Shown here: positions 29,210 through 39,922 of the stretch, piece after piece | How positions within the stretch are numbered: the stretch's first letter is position 1 | Layout of the letters: every line of letters starts with the position of its first letter | IMG/VR virus record: IMGVR_UViG_3300021371_000013 | Span: 6,712 to 70,711 of that record | DNA length: 64,000 nucleotides | DNA from: a virus | Strand: one strand, 5' to 3' | Made by a program: the position numbers and the translations under genes | The notes under the pieces: model-generated | What the model saw: only the letters and a program-made list of their open reading frames with translations | What the model was told of the DNA's origin: nothing | Databases searched by the model: none

Positions 29210-31522
29210 TTAAGAACTTATATATATATTAACCAAAGACTCAACAATTTTATATACAGAAGAATTAGAAATCGCAAGAAGCGACCCATATCCCTGGTCA
29301 TACGGTATAGAAGATGCATAAAATTCCGCATCAATTTCGTCCACAAAAACTATATCATCCAAAGATCCCGATTCTTGATTCACAGAGCTTACCCCGACAA
29401 AACGATCTGTATTTTCTCCCTCAAATACAACACACCAATATGCAGTTTTTCCTGCTGGAATTTTATTTGTTTTATTATTTTCAATAAATTGCTCAACCAA
29501 AAACCTTGGATGATACGCAAAATAATCAGGCATACCTAACTGAGATCTTGCCATTGAAGTTATAACACCTCTATTGTTTTGAAAAAATTTATTTGCCACA
29601 CCGTTATATGTATCTGTCAAATATCGATCTCCATCTGGTCTTACAACGGTAAATATTTCTCCTCCGGCCAGTCCTTCTGTATAAGACTTCGACATCCTCA
29701 CGGTTTTATTTGCCAAGTCAAACGGCAAAGACGTGTCAGACGGCAAGGTGAAAATAAAATCATCAGCAATCAAATCGTCTTGTATGATCATTGATATATC
29801 AGCATTGCCATTTTGAGTTAATATCGAAAACTCAACATTATCATTATAAAAAACCATTGCGTCGACATCAATAGTTTCATCTCCACCATTTTTTGCATAC
29901 ATTCTTTTCTTAACGCGGTCATCAATTTTTATTTCTTCCCCAACCCCCTGGATTGAAAACTGAACAGGGGACTCGCAAAGTAATTCTCCAGCGATTGGCA
30001 TAATGGGAGTAATTATATTATCCACTTGACTTGCGGACATCTCAATTGGATATTGCTCGAATTTTGCGCTTATACTATGATTGTTTTTATAGTTGTAAGT
30101 GTGTGTCCATTCTTGGCATACGAAATTTTTCAATCGTTCGTACGGAGCAGGTGGATTAAATTGAAAAGGAATTGCGCCGTAATGTTGTTCAAGAAAATGA
30201 AGTATTGCGCGAGCTTCTGCATCATCACGGTTGTTAAAATTCAGTTCCAAAGTCAACAAGCTTTCATTTATTCCATCTCGATATATTTGACTATACCCGG
30301 CCCCCATTCCAATTTCATTTAATCGAGGCTTTTGAGAAACACTTAAAGTTAAAGACGGCTTCCAGAAAAACTTCCTAGACCAACAATCAGTATTTACATC
30401 AAGATGATATCCATAATTCCTATTCCATTCTACTTGCGTTGCGGTTGGATTTTTTCCTGCATACGATTGATCGCCATACCAATAATAAAACTTCTTATTT
30501 TCTACATTATAAACAATATCATTTTTTTCGTAATATTCGCTATCAGAATATTCATCTATATCAGCAACAAAAAGACCATCTAATTTTTTGAGTATTGAAG
30601 TATCTAAATTTCTAAGTTTTACAGATATATCATTATCATTTTCAAAGTTTAAATTGTGAGTCCAATCACTACAATAAAATGTTTTGCTTTGAACTTCTGT
30701 ATTGTCGTATGGATGAAATGTTGAATCGCCATCCCACTGAAACCCTGAAATTCCCTGGCTGTATTTTAAATTAGGAGAAGGAGTATCTTGCTCATGTTGA
30801 CCTTGATGATTTTCAAGAAAATGAACAATTGCATTTGCTTCTCTATTGGTTCGATTTTTGAATTTCAAATCAACCTCTATATTCAAGCTATTGATATTTT
30901 TGGGTTGCAAGATATAGTAACCATTACCATATTCATATTTATAATTGTTTGCGCGAAAATTAACCGTACTACCATAATCAGCATCAAAGAAAAATTCATC
31001 GTGTGTCCATACATTTGTATTATCAGATGGCTCTGCATTAATCGCGGTGATCGTCAATTCACTTGGACCAGCTGGCTCGATATTCTTAAATGATCCTTCG
31101 ACAGGTAAAACATTTATAACCGATCCATTTAAATCAGGATTACCATTCAGTGATGATACGTCACTCTTAACATCAATAACTTTATATATACCGTCGTTAT
31201 TTCCAGTTGATCCATCAATATTCAATAAATGCCCAACCTTTATTTCTGCGCCAGGAGCATCAAGCAAATTAAATGTATCCAAAACGTAATGACTCTGACC
31301 GTCACTAGTCATTGGTCCATCAGGAATCAAAGACAATCGATTATTATCTTGTATAAAAATTCCCGCACCATCAACAGCATCTTGTCTCGCATAATAAAAC
31401 AAACCATCGCCTGTATAATATACAAAATCAAACTTTTTATAATCAACTCCTGTTTGATAATCGCCGGAATAATTTGACACATGCGTCAAATACTCAGACT
31501 TGAACAAATTACCTATAGACAT
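29210..31522 (-). CDS. distal tail protein with tandem gpM-like domains
   Basis: Two copies of G.GY...IN.L..L.F.NR...EA.AI.HFLE.H.G. Confidence 0.8.
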   Translation of the reverse strand: MSIGNLFKSEYLTHVSNYSGDYQTGVDYKKFDFVYYTGDGLFYYARQDAVDGAGIFIQDNNRLSLIPDGPMTSDGQSHYVLDTFNLLDAPGAEIKVGHLLNIDGSTGNNDGIYKVIDVKSDVSSLNGNPDLNGSVINVLPVEGSFKNIEPAGPSELTITAINAEPSDNTNVWTHDEFFFDADYGSTVNFRANNYKYEYGNGYYILQPKNINSLNIEVDLKFKNRTNREANAIVHFLENHQGQHEQDTPSPNLKYSQGISGFQWDGDSTFHPYDNTEVQSKTFYCSDWTHNLNFENDNDISVKLRNLDTSILKKLDGLFVADIDEYSDSEYYEKNDIVYNVENKKFYYWYGDQSYAGKNPTATQVEWNRNYGYHLDVNTDCWSRKFFWKPSLTLSVSQKPRLNEIGMGAGYSQIYRDGINESLLTLELNFNNRDDAEARAILHFLEQHYGAIPFQFNPPAPYERLKNFVCQEWTHTYNYKNNHSISAKFEQYPIEMSASQVDNIITPIMPIAGELLCESPVQFSIQGVGEEIKIDDRVKKRMYAKNGGDETIDVDAMVFYNDNVEFSILTQNGNADISMIIQDDLIADDFIFTLPSDTSLPFDLANKTVRMSKSYTEGLAGGEIFTVVRPDGDRYLTDTYNGVANKFFQNNRGVITSMARSQLGMPDYFAYHPRFLVEQFIENNKTNKIPAGKTAYWCVVFEGENTDRFVGVSSVNQESGSLDDIVFVDEIDAEFYASSIPYDQGYGSLLAISNSSVYKIVESLVNIYISS

Positions 31523-32427
31523 TACTTCACAATTTCTTTTATGGTTATATTGCCTTTTGCATATTGACCTTCAGATATGTTCATCGATTGACTTTGTATT
31601 TTACCACTTGCAGAAAATCGCGCAATTCTTTCTCCCTGTAGAGACAATAAGAATGCATCTATTTTTGAATCGCTCAGGCCAAACGGACTAGTAGATTTTT
31701 GTTGATCGCCGTAGACATTCAAGCGCTCAACCATTTCATTTGATTCGATAGTCATTTCTTTCTCGATACTACCAACAGATACCCGCACAGGCACTGTTCC
31801 ATCTGCGCGAGTGTTTATTGATGTATGCTCATTTGCTCGGATATGACTATGAACTTTTCTATTCACAACTATATTATATTTTAAACTTGCAATCTCAAAA
31901 TCATCCTGGTCACCAGCGCTCGCAGAAATTCCGCCAAACGACTTTAATGAATGCGCGAAATCAATTTCACTTTTACTAAACCTTCTATCAATCTCTCTTT
32001 CAACACTACCATATATATCATAACTTGCATTAGCACGAACAATTTGAAAAGGACTCATATCAAAACTAAAAGACTTAAGATACATGTTATCAAATTTATA
32101 TCGACCAACTAAATTATCATTTATGGGTTGCTCGCTCATACCTTCTGCAATTTCAAACAATCTGCTTATTGTATTTGGATTACCGCCCTCGGTAAACTGT
32201 TCGGCGGATATAAAAAATGATACTTCCAACTGACCGCGCAATCCTTGAGTCGGCGCGAATTTAACAAATTCAGTTTTTGCGCCCAATATATTTTGATCAA
32301 AATCACCATACACTCGCTCAACTTCTAAATTTGGAGCGATCGACAAACTTGCGCTATTCGCAAACAACTCTTTGCCGCCAATAGATATTTTACCATCTTC
32401 GAATCTCAATAATGGATCGCTCATCAA
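31522..32427 (-). CDS. tail tube-fold protein
   Basis: Position after the TMP; beta-strand pattern weakly similar to 32424 and 44088. Confidence 0.5.
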   Translation of the reverse strand: MMSDPLLRFEDGKISIGGKELFANSASLSIAPNLEVERVYGDFDQNILGAKTEFVKFAPTQGLRGQLEVSFFISAEQFTEGGNPNTISRLFEIAEGMSEQPINDNLVGRYKFDNMYLKSFSFDMSPFQIVRANASYDIYGSVEREIDRRFSKSEIDFAHSLKSFGGISASAGDQDDFEIASLKYNIVVNRKVHSHIRANEHTSINTRADGTVPVRVSVGSIEKEMTIESNEMVERLNVYGDQQKSTSPFGLSDSKIDAFLLSLQGERIARFSASGKIQSQSMNISEGQYAKGNITIKEIVK

Positions 32428-33296
32428 TTGTGCAGTGTTTCGTATCCTTTATATGTTAAAGATATACTCATTTCTTGTTCTGTACTACTGTTTACGCTTT
32501 CGCTAATCAAACGAACATTCTTACCAACAAAACTATTTATTATATCTGTTGGCGATTGAGCATCAAATATTTCGATACTCACATCACTTTTCGGTGCAGC
32601 TTGTATTCGGTCTTTTATTTCTCGTATTTCATAATCATCAGCAATGATAGTAAAATTGATATCAGTTTCTATAGGATATTGTGTGTCGATTTGTATTGGA
32701 TCTAAATTTTTTGTATCCGCAGTGCCAGCATTCCAATCATCAACACTTCCTTTGGGTAGTGCATATATTGGTTGAGTATTGATTGCTCGACTGTAACTAA
32801 AATCACTGATCGCATCGATTGTAAAATCACTCACGGTGACACGCATGCTCGATTGATCAGGATATCGTATGGGTGGATGAGTTTTGGTTGCTGTGCTTGC
32901 CGCGACATCCTTACCCAAACTACCATAAACAGTAATGTCTACTTGAATATCCGGAATTTCACCGACACTACAATTCACACTGTATCTCGAAATTCTACCT
33001 TTTGTAAAACCAAATCCTTTTGAGTCATTGTCGTACAATATTACGCCTTCTATTTCTTGTTCATCTAGAATGTATTGTCCAAGAGAATTTGTTTCCAATA
33101 ATGGGTCTGTGCCAACCATTTTTCTGTTGACACTAAAATTGCCTTGTAATGGACTATCTATTGTTGCATCAATAAATCCTACGCCCGCAACGCGAACTGG
33201 TTTTTCGCTTATACCATAGTTGCCATCAACACTTTGTACGCCTAGCAACTGATAGCCGTTGACAATTACTTTTTGTTCGTAATTTGAATAACTCAT
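32424..33296 (-). CDS. tail tube-fold protein
   Basis: LLGVQSVDGNY matches LHRVQSANYSF (44088); YSVNCSVGEIP matches YSIEAAVGGMP. Confidence 0.6.
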   Translation of the reverse strand: MSYSNYEQKVIVNGYQLLGVQSVDGNYGISEKPVRVAGVGFIDATIDSPLQGNFSVNRKMVGTDPLLETNSLGQYILDEQEIEGVILYDNDSKGFGFTKGRISRYSVNCSVGEIPDIQVDITVYGSLGKDVAASTATKTHPPIRYPDQSSMRVTVSDFTIDAISDFSYSRAINTQPIYALPKGSVDDWNAGTADTKNLDPIQIDTQYPIETDINFTIIADDYEIREIKDRIQAAPKSDVSIEIFDAQSPTDIINSFVGKNVRLISESVNSSTEQEMSISLTYKGYETLHN

Positions 33297-33298
33297 AA

Positions 33299-36200
33299 TC
33301 AATCACTTAATAATCCTCCTGGACGTTGCTCCTCAACAATCACAGAAACAACTTGCTGCTTTATTCGTTCTGCCAACTGAGCATTGCTTTGCTCATCATT
33401 CGAACGGTCGGCTGGATTTTGACCGCTTGATTCGTTTTCTTTTTGTTGTTTTTGATTGGATGAACCGCGCTCCATGTTTATGGAAATACTAATGTTGTTT
33501 GTGTTTCCGCCAGTTGACCCAGTTTCGCTTGATCCTGCGATTTTACTGACTGCGCCACCATCATAAAATTTTCCTGCGTTTATTTGATCAAGCATTGGCT
33601 TGCCAATTTGACGAGCGCTACTTGCGCGAATAACATACTCTCCCTCACTGAGCATGGCTGGTATTTGGTCGATGCCAGATTTTCCTGCGATGTGACCACC
33701 GCTGGCGTATTTGCGGATTGGGCCGCCATCAAATCTTTTTAAAGTGGTTGTCATACCCTTTGGAGCGGTGATTTTTGGACCAGCTTCTGTCCCAAACAAA
33801 TCCATTTTACCCAATCCATACATCAATCCGATACTTGCAACCATTCCCAGCAACTGCCTGCGTTTTGCTTTTTTGGCTTGTCGCTTTGCTTCAGCTTCTT
33901 GACGAATACGTTCTTCTTCTGAAAGTATTGATTGTATTGCGCTTGTATCTTCCCCCAATCCTACATTTCCAGATTGAGCATAAAAAGCGCCACTCATTGC
34001 TTTTCTTTGATATAATCTACCAGAATCAAATCCTCGCCCTCCTCCAAAATTAGATGCCAGTGCAGAGCCTTGTGCTGCAGGACCTCCTGGCGCGCCTTCT
34101 CTTCTTATTTTTCCTTTTGATAATAAATCATTTTCTACAGCATTAGCCAAGGCGGCTTCCTGTTTAGCTTTTGCTTCAAGACTTTTTGAAATTATTGTGC
34201 CAGCAATTTTTCCTCCAACGGGGATTTTTTGTTTTTGAATTTCTCCGCCATCAGCAAATCCAGGTATGCTTCCACCAGCATTCATTCCGTGCATGAATGA
34301 TCCGCCATATTTATTTACTGCATCGCGACTCATCACATATTCGCCATTGCTTACCATCGCAGGTACTCCACCACCCTTTGAATATTTGCGAACATTTCCA
34401 CCCTTTGAAAATCCCATTGCGCCAACCATTTGGTACGCCATTTTTTGCATCATTGCTTGCTGAATCATTCCGAGAAATCCAACCGCGGCATCCATTAGTC
34501 CTTCTTTTATACTTTTTGTTCCATTGATTGCTTCGGTCATTGCTCCGGCAAGTCCATCGGCGAAAGCGCCAGGAATTTTTTCTCCAAGTTCATAGTCCAT
34601 GTATTGAACTTTCTCGCGGATCGAATCCATTCCTTCTCCAATACCCCTGCTCATTGCAGATCTATCATCTCCAGGCAAAGCTTCGCCGCGTTTGTATTTT
34701 AATATTTTTTCTCTTAATTCTAGTTCTGCGCGACTTGCATCATTGTTTGCTTCTTGTAATTGATTCAGCCTACTTTGTTCGGTTACAGTTGACTTTACTT
34801 TATCTAATATGTCATTCTTCTTACCGTCTATTATATTTTGATATTCTGCAATTTGTCTGTTAATTTCTGCTTGTTCATCTGTACTTGCAGAACCTTTGCC
34901 TTTATTTAATTCATCGATTCTTTCTTGAGCCATTTTTTTGGTTCGGCCAACTATGTTGGCAGAGGTCATATCATTGATACTGAGTCCTGTTGGATCTAAA
35001 TTTAATTCTTTGAATTTGGAAGTAATCGCGCTCCTAGATCCTGCCAACCTAGATTGTTTTTGCAAACCAATTCGTGCCTCCAATTGTGCGCGGTCGAATG
35101 CTATATTTTCATCCTGAGATCTATAAATTCCTCGACCATGTGTTGGCATTTGATATAGTGCTCGACGAATTCTTTCTTGCTGTTGATTTAAATCGATATC
35201 AAATTGAGCTTTATCTTTTAATTTTTCTGCTTCGGCAATTAATACTCTCATTGCGCCAGCTTGTTTGCCCAACTCAACGTTCGTTTGTTTATCTAAATGT
35301 AACTTCTGTTCTTTTAAATCTAATTCGTTACCAGCGAGCTGCAAATTTAATTCTGATTGACTGTATATATTTAGTATCTTGTCGATTTGATCTTCTGTGG
35401 CTCCATTTTGTTTGAGTATTTTTTTCAATCGATCCGCTTCTTTTTTTATCAATTCATCGGTCAACTCCACTTGTTTTGCTGCAGCAGCTTGTTCTTCTGG
35501 AGTTTGCTTTTGAAACTCAGCCTGTTCTTCTGCTTTTAGTTTTTCTTTATATAAACTAATTTTTAATTTTTGTTCAAGATCGGCATCGGTATTTATTAAA
35601 TTTATCAAGCCTTGTTTTTTTGTTGATTCCGCGGAAACTCGAGCAAGATCATATGCCTCCCCAGCTTTATTCAATCCTTGTACGTATTTCATTCTGGCTT
35701 TTTGTTCTTCAGATATAAAGCCGCCCATTAGTTTCAATTCTTGTTCAAGTATATTACCTCTTTCAAGATATCCTTTTTTAATATCAAACTGCGCCTGAGC
35801 TGCCGCTTTTTGAGACTCAATCATTGCTTTTTGGATATTGAGTTGGAGAATTATTGCTTCACTTTGATCGTGCTCTGCAGTGATTTGTTCTTGATAAATT
35901 TTATACAATTGAGACCTTAACGCCTCAATTCTCTTTACATCTTCTGTGTCATCAACTTTAAAAAAATCTATTTTTTCTAAATTTTTTAAAAAATCAGATG
36001 ACTTTTGCAGCTCAGGCTGACCCTGTTGTTGTATCTTGCCTTTTTTATCTCTTGTGTAAGATGGAAATAAAAATTTTTCATCACCCATAGACTCTACAGC
36101 TTTTTTCATAGAGCCGACCTGATATTGTTGCACATTCTGAAATTCATTTTGTTGATCTCCTTGCTCGCGGTATTTCGAGATCTGATCGATTTCTTCCGCT

Positions 36201-39200
36201 GACGGGCCAAAAAAGTCAGAAATTAAAGGTATTTTCATTTTAAATATTGGGTTATTCGGCCCCCTTATAAGAAAATCTTTTTCGTTGATATCGGGAGGCG
36301 TAGTAGCCGTGTACTTTGGGGCAGCCATTTTCATAAGCTGCTTACCCTCTTGACTCATATCATCAAATATGTTTTTAGAAAATGCTTGTATAAACTTTGG
36401 ACTTGTACCCACAAAAGAAGATATAACCCCTTGTTGCCTTTTTAATTCTGCATCTTTTAAAGCTTTTGTATTTTCTTCGGTTGCACTTGCCCAACCCTGA
36501 TACGCTCCAACTGCACCTCCGAGCGCTATTACCAGCGGTGCGCCGGGTCCAAACATTGGTGCGATCATACTTGCCATCATTGCTCCAGAAGCAGCGCCGC
36601 TTAAGGCTCCTCCTGCGGCATACATACTTTGATTACCTCCTTGAGCGCCCATTCCCCCTTGTTGTAAAAAACCCGCAGCCATTGGTGCTCCAATCATCAT
36701 TGCCATGCCAGCGTTTCCTGAAAAAGCTCTCCCAAGGCCAGAAGAAAACCTTCCCATTTTACCTCCGATTCCTGTGGCTGAAGATTTTTCAAGAACACTC
36801 AATTTAGCTCTGGTTTTATCTAGATTACTTGTAGTACTCTTAAGTTTTGATTGTACTGCCCTATACTCGCTAGTACCCTTGGTAAGCGTTGACAGCTCTT
36901 GATTATGTTTTTGTATAGCTTGTTCTCTTTGCTCTATTCTGCGATTTAACTTCTCTATTTTTTTAGTATGTTCTGTAGTAGCTTTTTCCCAGTTTTGTCC
37001 AAATTTTGTGTTCGCTATAGAACTTTTTATACCGTCTAGGGGGTTAAAGTAATTCGGCACAAATCCATTCGCACCAAACACATCACGCAAACCATTTGGC
37101 TCATCATGTGTATTGGTTACGCCGAGGCCGAGGGGGTTTCCCTTGCCCATGAGTGCGCCGTGTGAGCCCACACGAATTTGTGAAACTGGAACACCAGCCG
37201 ATTTTTCTCGGCCTATTGCATCAGATAATGGATCGGCGAAGTTGGGAATGTGGCCGTAGGCTTTACCTTTTTTGGGTAAAGATTTTAAATCAAGTGGGGT
37301 TTTAGTTGTGGGGTCTGAAGAATAAATTTTTCTGGCAAACCCCATTACATTTTTTAAATTTGTATTAATTTTAGCCTCGGCACCTTCACTTCCTTGGTTC
37401 TTACCTACTTCAAAAAGTTCGTATAATTTTTTATTTGGGGGCAAGTCGATAAGTGCATTGTCTGGCCTTTCATCTACTTTCGCACTTTCACCTACAGATC
37501 TCAATACCGACTTGGTGACTGCTTCGAAAATATGACCGGCTACTGTAGCCATTTTGCTTTTTGGTAAATCTTTTTCTATTACAGCAGAATTCATTGAGCC
37601 ATAACCAAAAGTTTTAAGCATGCCGCTTGCAATTATCGCACTTCTTTTCTGCAGCTTCGAATTTATTTCATCATCATATCTTTTAAGACCCCTTCTTTCA
37701 TCTTTTTCATCTAAAGATTTAAATTCAACATCAATTTTTCTTGGCTGAGCTTTTTGCATTGCTGCCTTTTTGTAAAAAGATCTTCCTTTTTTATTGTATA
37801 TGCCACTATCAGTCCCACTTCCGCCAGCTACATAAAATGTTTGTTTGGGTTTATCTGGACCCAAGGAAGCAGAGAGTCCTATATACTCACTTGAACCGGC
37901 ATTTAGATATTTTGTTTTTTTATCAATTTCCTGCATGATTGCGGGATTACTTAAATCTATTCTTGGTTTAGCTCCGACACCCTTGCCACCCCTTGCAAAA
38001 TTCGGAATATATCCCCCTGCAGCATATGGATCGAATCCATGTATACTACCAAATGCTTGTTGATAGTTTTTTCCAGCTTTGCTTGAATGAGGAGGCATGA
38101 TTGCAGGTTGACTCATACCTTTGAAATTCTTGACTTTTTCTGCGCTATTATATATAACTGAACCTTCGCCAGGCATGTTCATGCTTCGAATATTTCCAGC
38201 AGCATATCCACCCTGCGCAGCTTGTGCACGTTCTGGGTTTGCATAATTAGGAATATGCCCACTCGCTTTTTTACCAACAGGTGTTAAATTCGCACCATAA
38301 CCTTTTCGATACAATGTGCCAGCCATGCCAGCAGTCAATTTGTTTAATGAGTTAGCCTCAACAACTTGAGCTTTGAGTAGACCAAGTATAATTTTTTCTT
38401 TTTCGGTGCGGCCAATATCTGTGCGCAACATTTCTTTGTTGAGTGCTGCGTTTTGACCAAACAATGCAACCAAGCTTGTTTGTATGGCTTTTTGTTTTTG
38501 TTTTTCGGTTGTTACGCCGACCAACGAAGTTAAACTTTCTTTTGTAAACTTTAATGCTTGACCAAATAATTTGAAAAATACACCCGCGAGAACCACCAAT
38601 CCTGGCCCAGTAATAACATTACCAATACCTTTAAGAAGGCCAGTAGCAAAACTACTTCCAGTACTCTCTCCATCACCCAATACTCCGCTCAATCCTTCAG
38701 CAAGACTTTTGACAGAGTTGAGAATCTTTTCCATTCCCGGAGCAAGTGCAATTTCTCCAATTTGCGTACTAACTTGTTTGATAGCAAGTCCTGTTTCTGT
38801 GGCAACTGCAGACATTGTTTTGCGCAACTCTTCATTCTTTTGTATAGCTTCATCTGTAGCGCCAGCAGATATTCTGGTAGCTTCAGCCATGATACCATTT
38901 TGCTTCGCGGCATCACTCAAAACAGCTTTCAAAATATTGATATGAAACAGCCCACCCATTGTTTGAGTAATTTGAGCTTTTTGCGCAGCGCTAAGAGTAT
39001 CAAACGTATTGGCGAGATCATTCAGTATACGTTGTGCACCAATTGTATTTCCCTCAAGATCGCGAACTGCGATTCCTAAATTTTCAAGTTGATTGAGCGT
39101 ATCAGTTTTTCCTGTTTTTGTGAAAATTGTTTTCAACGCATTACCAATAACCGCACCACCACGAGCAGTTTTTTGCTGAGCGGCAGTTACAATACCCACA

Positions 39201-39883
39201 AGTTCATCGATACTCACACCAGCACTTTGAGCAGATTGACCAGTACGAGAAATAGCGTCCGCAAAATCTTGCGCACTAACCGCAAACTTAACATCAACCG
39301 CAGCAAACTTACTAACCAATTGCGTAGTATCTTTGATTTGCGTGCCGTATGTGTTCATCGCAGCAGTCAAAGATTTTACCGCTTCGGCAGAATCCATGCC
39401 AGTCAAACGAGTAAGAACCAAAGCATCTCTCGTTCTTTTTAGAGATTCTTCAACACCCAAGCCCTGACGAGCATATTCTGTGGCAGCATCTGCAGCAACT
39501 CTGAATGCCGCACCAGTTTCTTTTGCCACTTTAAAAAGTCCATCACTAAATTTTTCTAAGTTTTGAGCGCTCAAACCCATAACCACATTAACATCAGCCA
39601 TGGCTTTCTCAACCTCAACAAGATTTTTAACCATACCCTTGAATGCATTAGCCACACCATTGATGATTGCCATACTCGCACCGAACGCAAGAATACGAGC
39701 ATTCGCAGCTTCCATTGATTTGGTAAACTCATCGGCACCACGCTTCATGTTACCCAATGGCTGGGTGGCGCCCTTGTCATCAACCGTAATTTTAATTGGT
39801 TGACGACGAATTCTATTTACAGCCGCCTGTACCGCCGCTTCAAGCGGTTTGGTATTACCATGTACATCAAGATCAATAGCCAT
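33299..39883 (-). CDS. tape measure protein
   Basis: 2194 aa; TP901-type TMP core (AATEYARQG, GNALKTIF); coiled coils; C-terminal PAMLSEGEYVI and EQRPGGLL. Confidence 0.95.
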   Translation of the reverse strand: MAIDLDVHGNTKPLEAAVQAAVNRIRRQPIKITVDDKGATQPLGNMKRGADEFTKSMEAANARILAFGASMAIINGVANAFKGMVKNLVEVEKAMADVNVVMGLSAQNLEKFSDGLFKVAKETGAAFRVAADAATEYARQGLGVEESLKRTRDALVLTRLTGMDSAEAVKSLTAAMNTYGTQIKDTTQLVSKFAAVDVKFAVSAQDFADAISRTGQSAQSAGVSIDELVGIVTAAQQKTARGGAVIGNALKTIFTKTGKTDTLNQLENLGIAVRDLEGNTIGAQRILNDLANTFDTLSAAQKAQITQTMGGLFHINILKAVLSDAAKQNGIMAEATRISAGATDEAIQKNEELRKTMSAVATETGLAIKQVSTQIGEIALAPGMEKILNSVKSLAEGLSGVLGDGESTGSSFATGLLKGIGNVITGPGLVVLAGVFFKLFGQALKFTKESLTSLVGVTTEKQKQKAIQTSLVALFGQNAALNKEMLRTDIGRTEKEKIILGLLKAQVVEANSLNKLTAGMAGTLYRKGYGANLTPVGKKASGHIPNYANPERAQAAQGGYAAGNIRSMNMPGEGSVIYNSAEKVKNFKGMSQPAIMPPHSSKAGKNYQQAFGSIHGFDPYAAGGYIPNFARGGKGVGAKPRIDLSNPAIMQEIDKKTKYLNAGSSEYIGLSASLGPDKPKQTFYVAGGSGTDSGIYNKKGRSFYKKAAMQKAQPRKIDVEFKSLDEKDERRGLKRYDDEINSKLQKRSAIIASGMLKTFGYGSMNSAVIEKDLPKSKMATVAGHIFEAVTKSVLRSVGESAKVDERPDNALIDLPPNKKLYELFEVGKNQGSEGAEAKINTNLKNVMGFARKIYSSDPTTKTPLDLKSLPKKGKAYGHIPNFADPLSDAIGREKSAGVPVSQIRVGSHGALMGKGNPLGLGVTNTHDEPNGLRDVFGANGFVPNYFNPLDGIKSSIANTKFGQNWEKATTEHTKKIEKLNRRIEQREQAIQKHNQELSTLTKGTSEYRAVQSKLKSTTSNLDKTRAKLSVLEKSSATGIGGKMGRFSSGLGRAFSGNAGMAMMIGAPMAAGFLQQGGMGAQGGNQSMYAAGGALSGAASGAMMASMIAPMFGPGAPLVIALGGAVGAYQGWASATEENTKALKDAELKRQQGVISSFVGTSPKFIQAFSKNIFDDMSQEGKQLMKMAAPKYTATTPPDINEKDFLIRGPNNPIFKMKIPLISDFFGPSAEEIDQISKYREQGDQQNEFQNVQQYQVGSMKKAVESMGDEKFLFPSYTRDKKGKIQQQGQPELQKSSDFLKNLEKIDFFKVDDTEDVKRIEALRSQLYKIYQEQITAEHDQSEAIILQLNIQKAMIESQKAAAQAQFDIKKGYLERGNILEQELKLMGGFISEEQKARMKYVQGLNKAGEAYDLARVSAESTKKQGLINLINTDADLEQKLKISLYKEKLKAEEQAEFQKQTPEEQAAAAKQVELTDELIKKEADRLKKILKQNGATEDQIDKILNIYSQSELNLQLAGNELDLKEQKLHLDKQTNVELGKQAGAMRVLIAEAEKLKDKAQFDIDLNQQQERIRRALYQMPTHGRGIYRSQDENIAFDRAQLEARIGLQKQSRLAGSRSAITSKFKELNLDPTGLSINDMTSANIVGRTKKMAQERIDELNKGKGSASTDEQAEINRQIAEYQNIIDGKKNDILDKVKSTVTEQSRLNQLQEANNDASRAELELREKILKYKRGEALPGDDRSAMSRGIGEGMDSIREKVQYMDYELGEKIPGAFADGLAGAMTEAINGTKSIKEGLMDAAVGFLGMIQQAMMQKMAYQMVGAMGFSKGGNVRKYSKGGGVPAMVSNGEYVMSRDAVNKYGGSFMHGMNAGGSIPGFADGGEIQKQKIPVGGKIAGTIISKSLEAKAKQEAALANAVENDLLSKGKIRREGAPGGPAAQGSALASNFGGGRGFDSGRLYQRKAMSGAFYAQSGNVGLGEDTSAIQSILSEEERIRQEAEAKRQAKKAKRRQLLGMVASIGLMYGLGKMDLFGTEAGPKITAPKGMTTTLKRFDGGPIRKYASGGHIAGKSGIDQIPAMLSEGEYVIRASSARQIGKPMLDQINAGKFYDGGAVSKIAGSSETGSTGGNTNNISISINMERGSSNQKQQKENESSGQNPADRSNDEQSNAQLAERIKQQVVSVIVEEQRPGGLLSD

Positions 39884-39917
39884 ATTTCCTTATTCCTTAG
39901 ATAAGGTATTAATACAC
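39884..39917 (-). promoter_or_regulatory. GTGTA late-type promoter with AAGG-N3-AAGG leader
   Basis: GTGTA-N9-TATCT-AAGGAATAAGGAAAT-ATG. Confidence 0.6.
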
Positions 39918-39922
39918 CAAAA

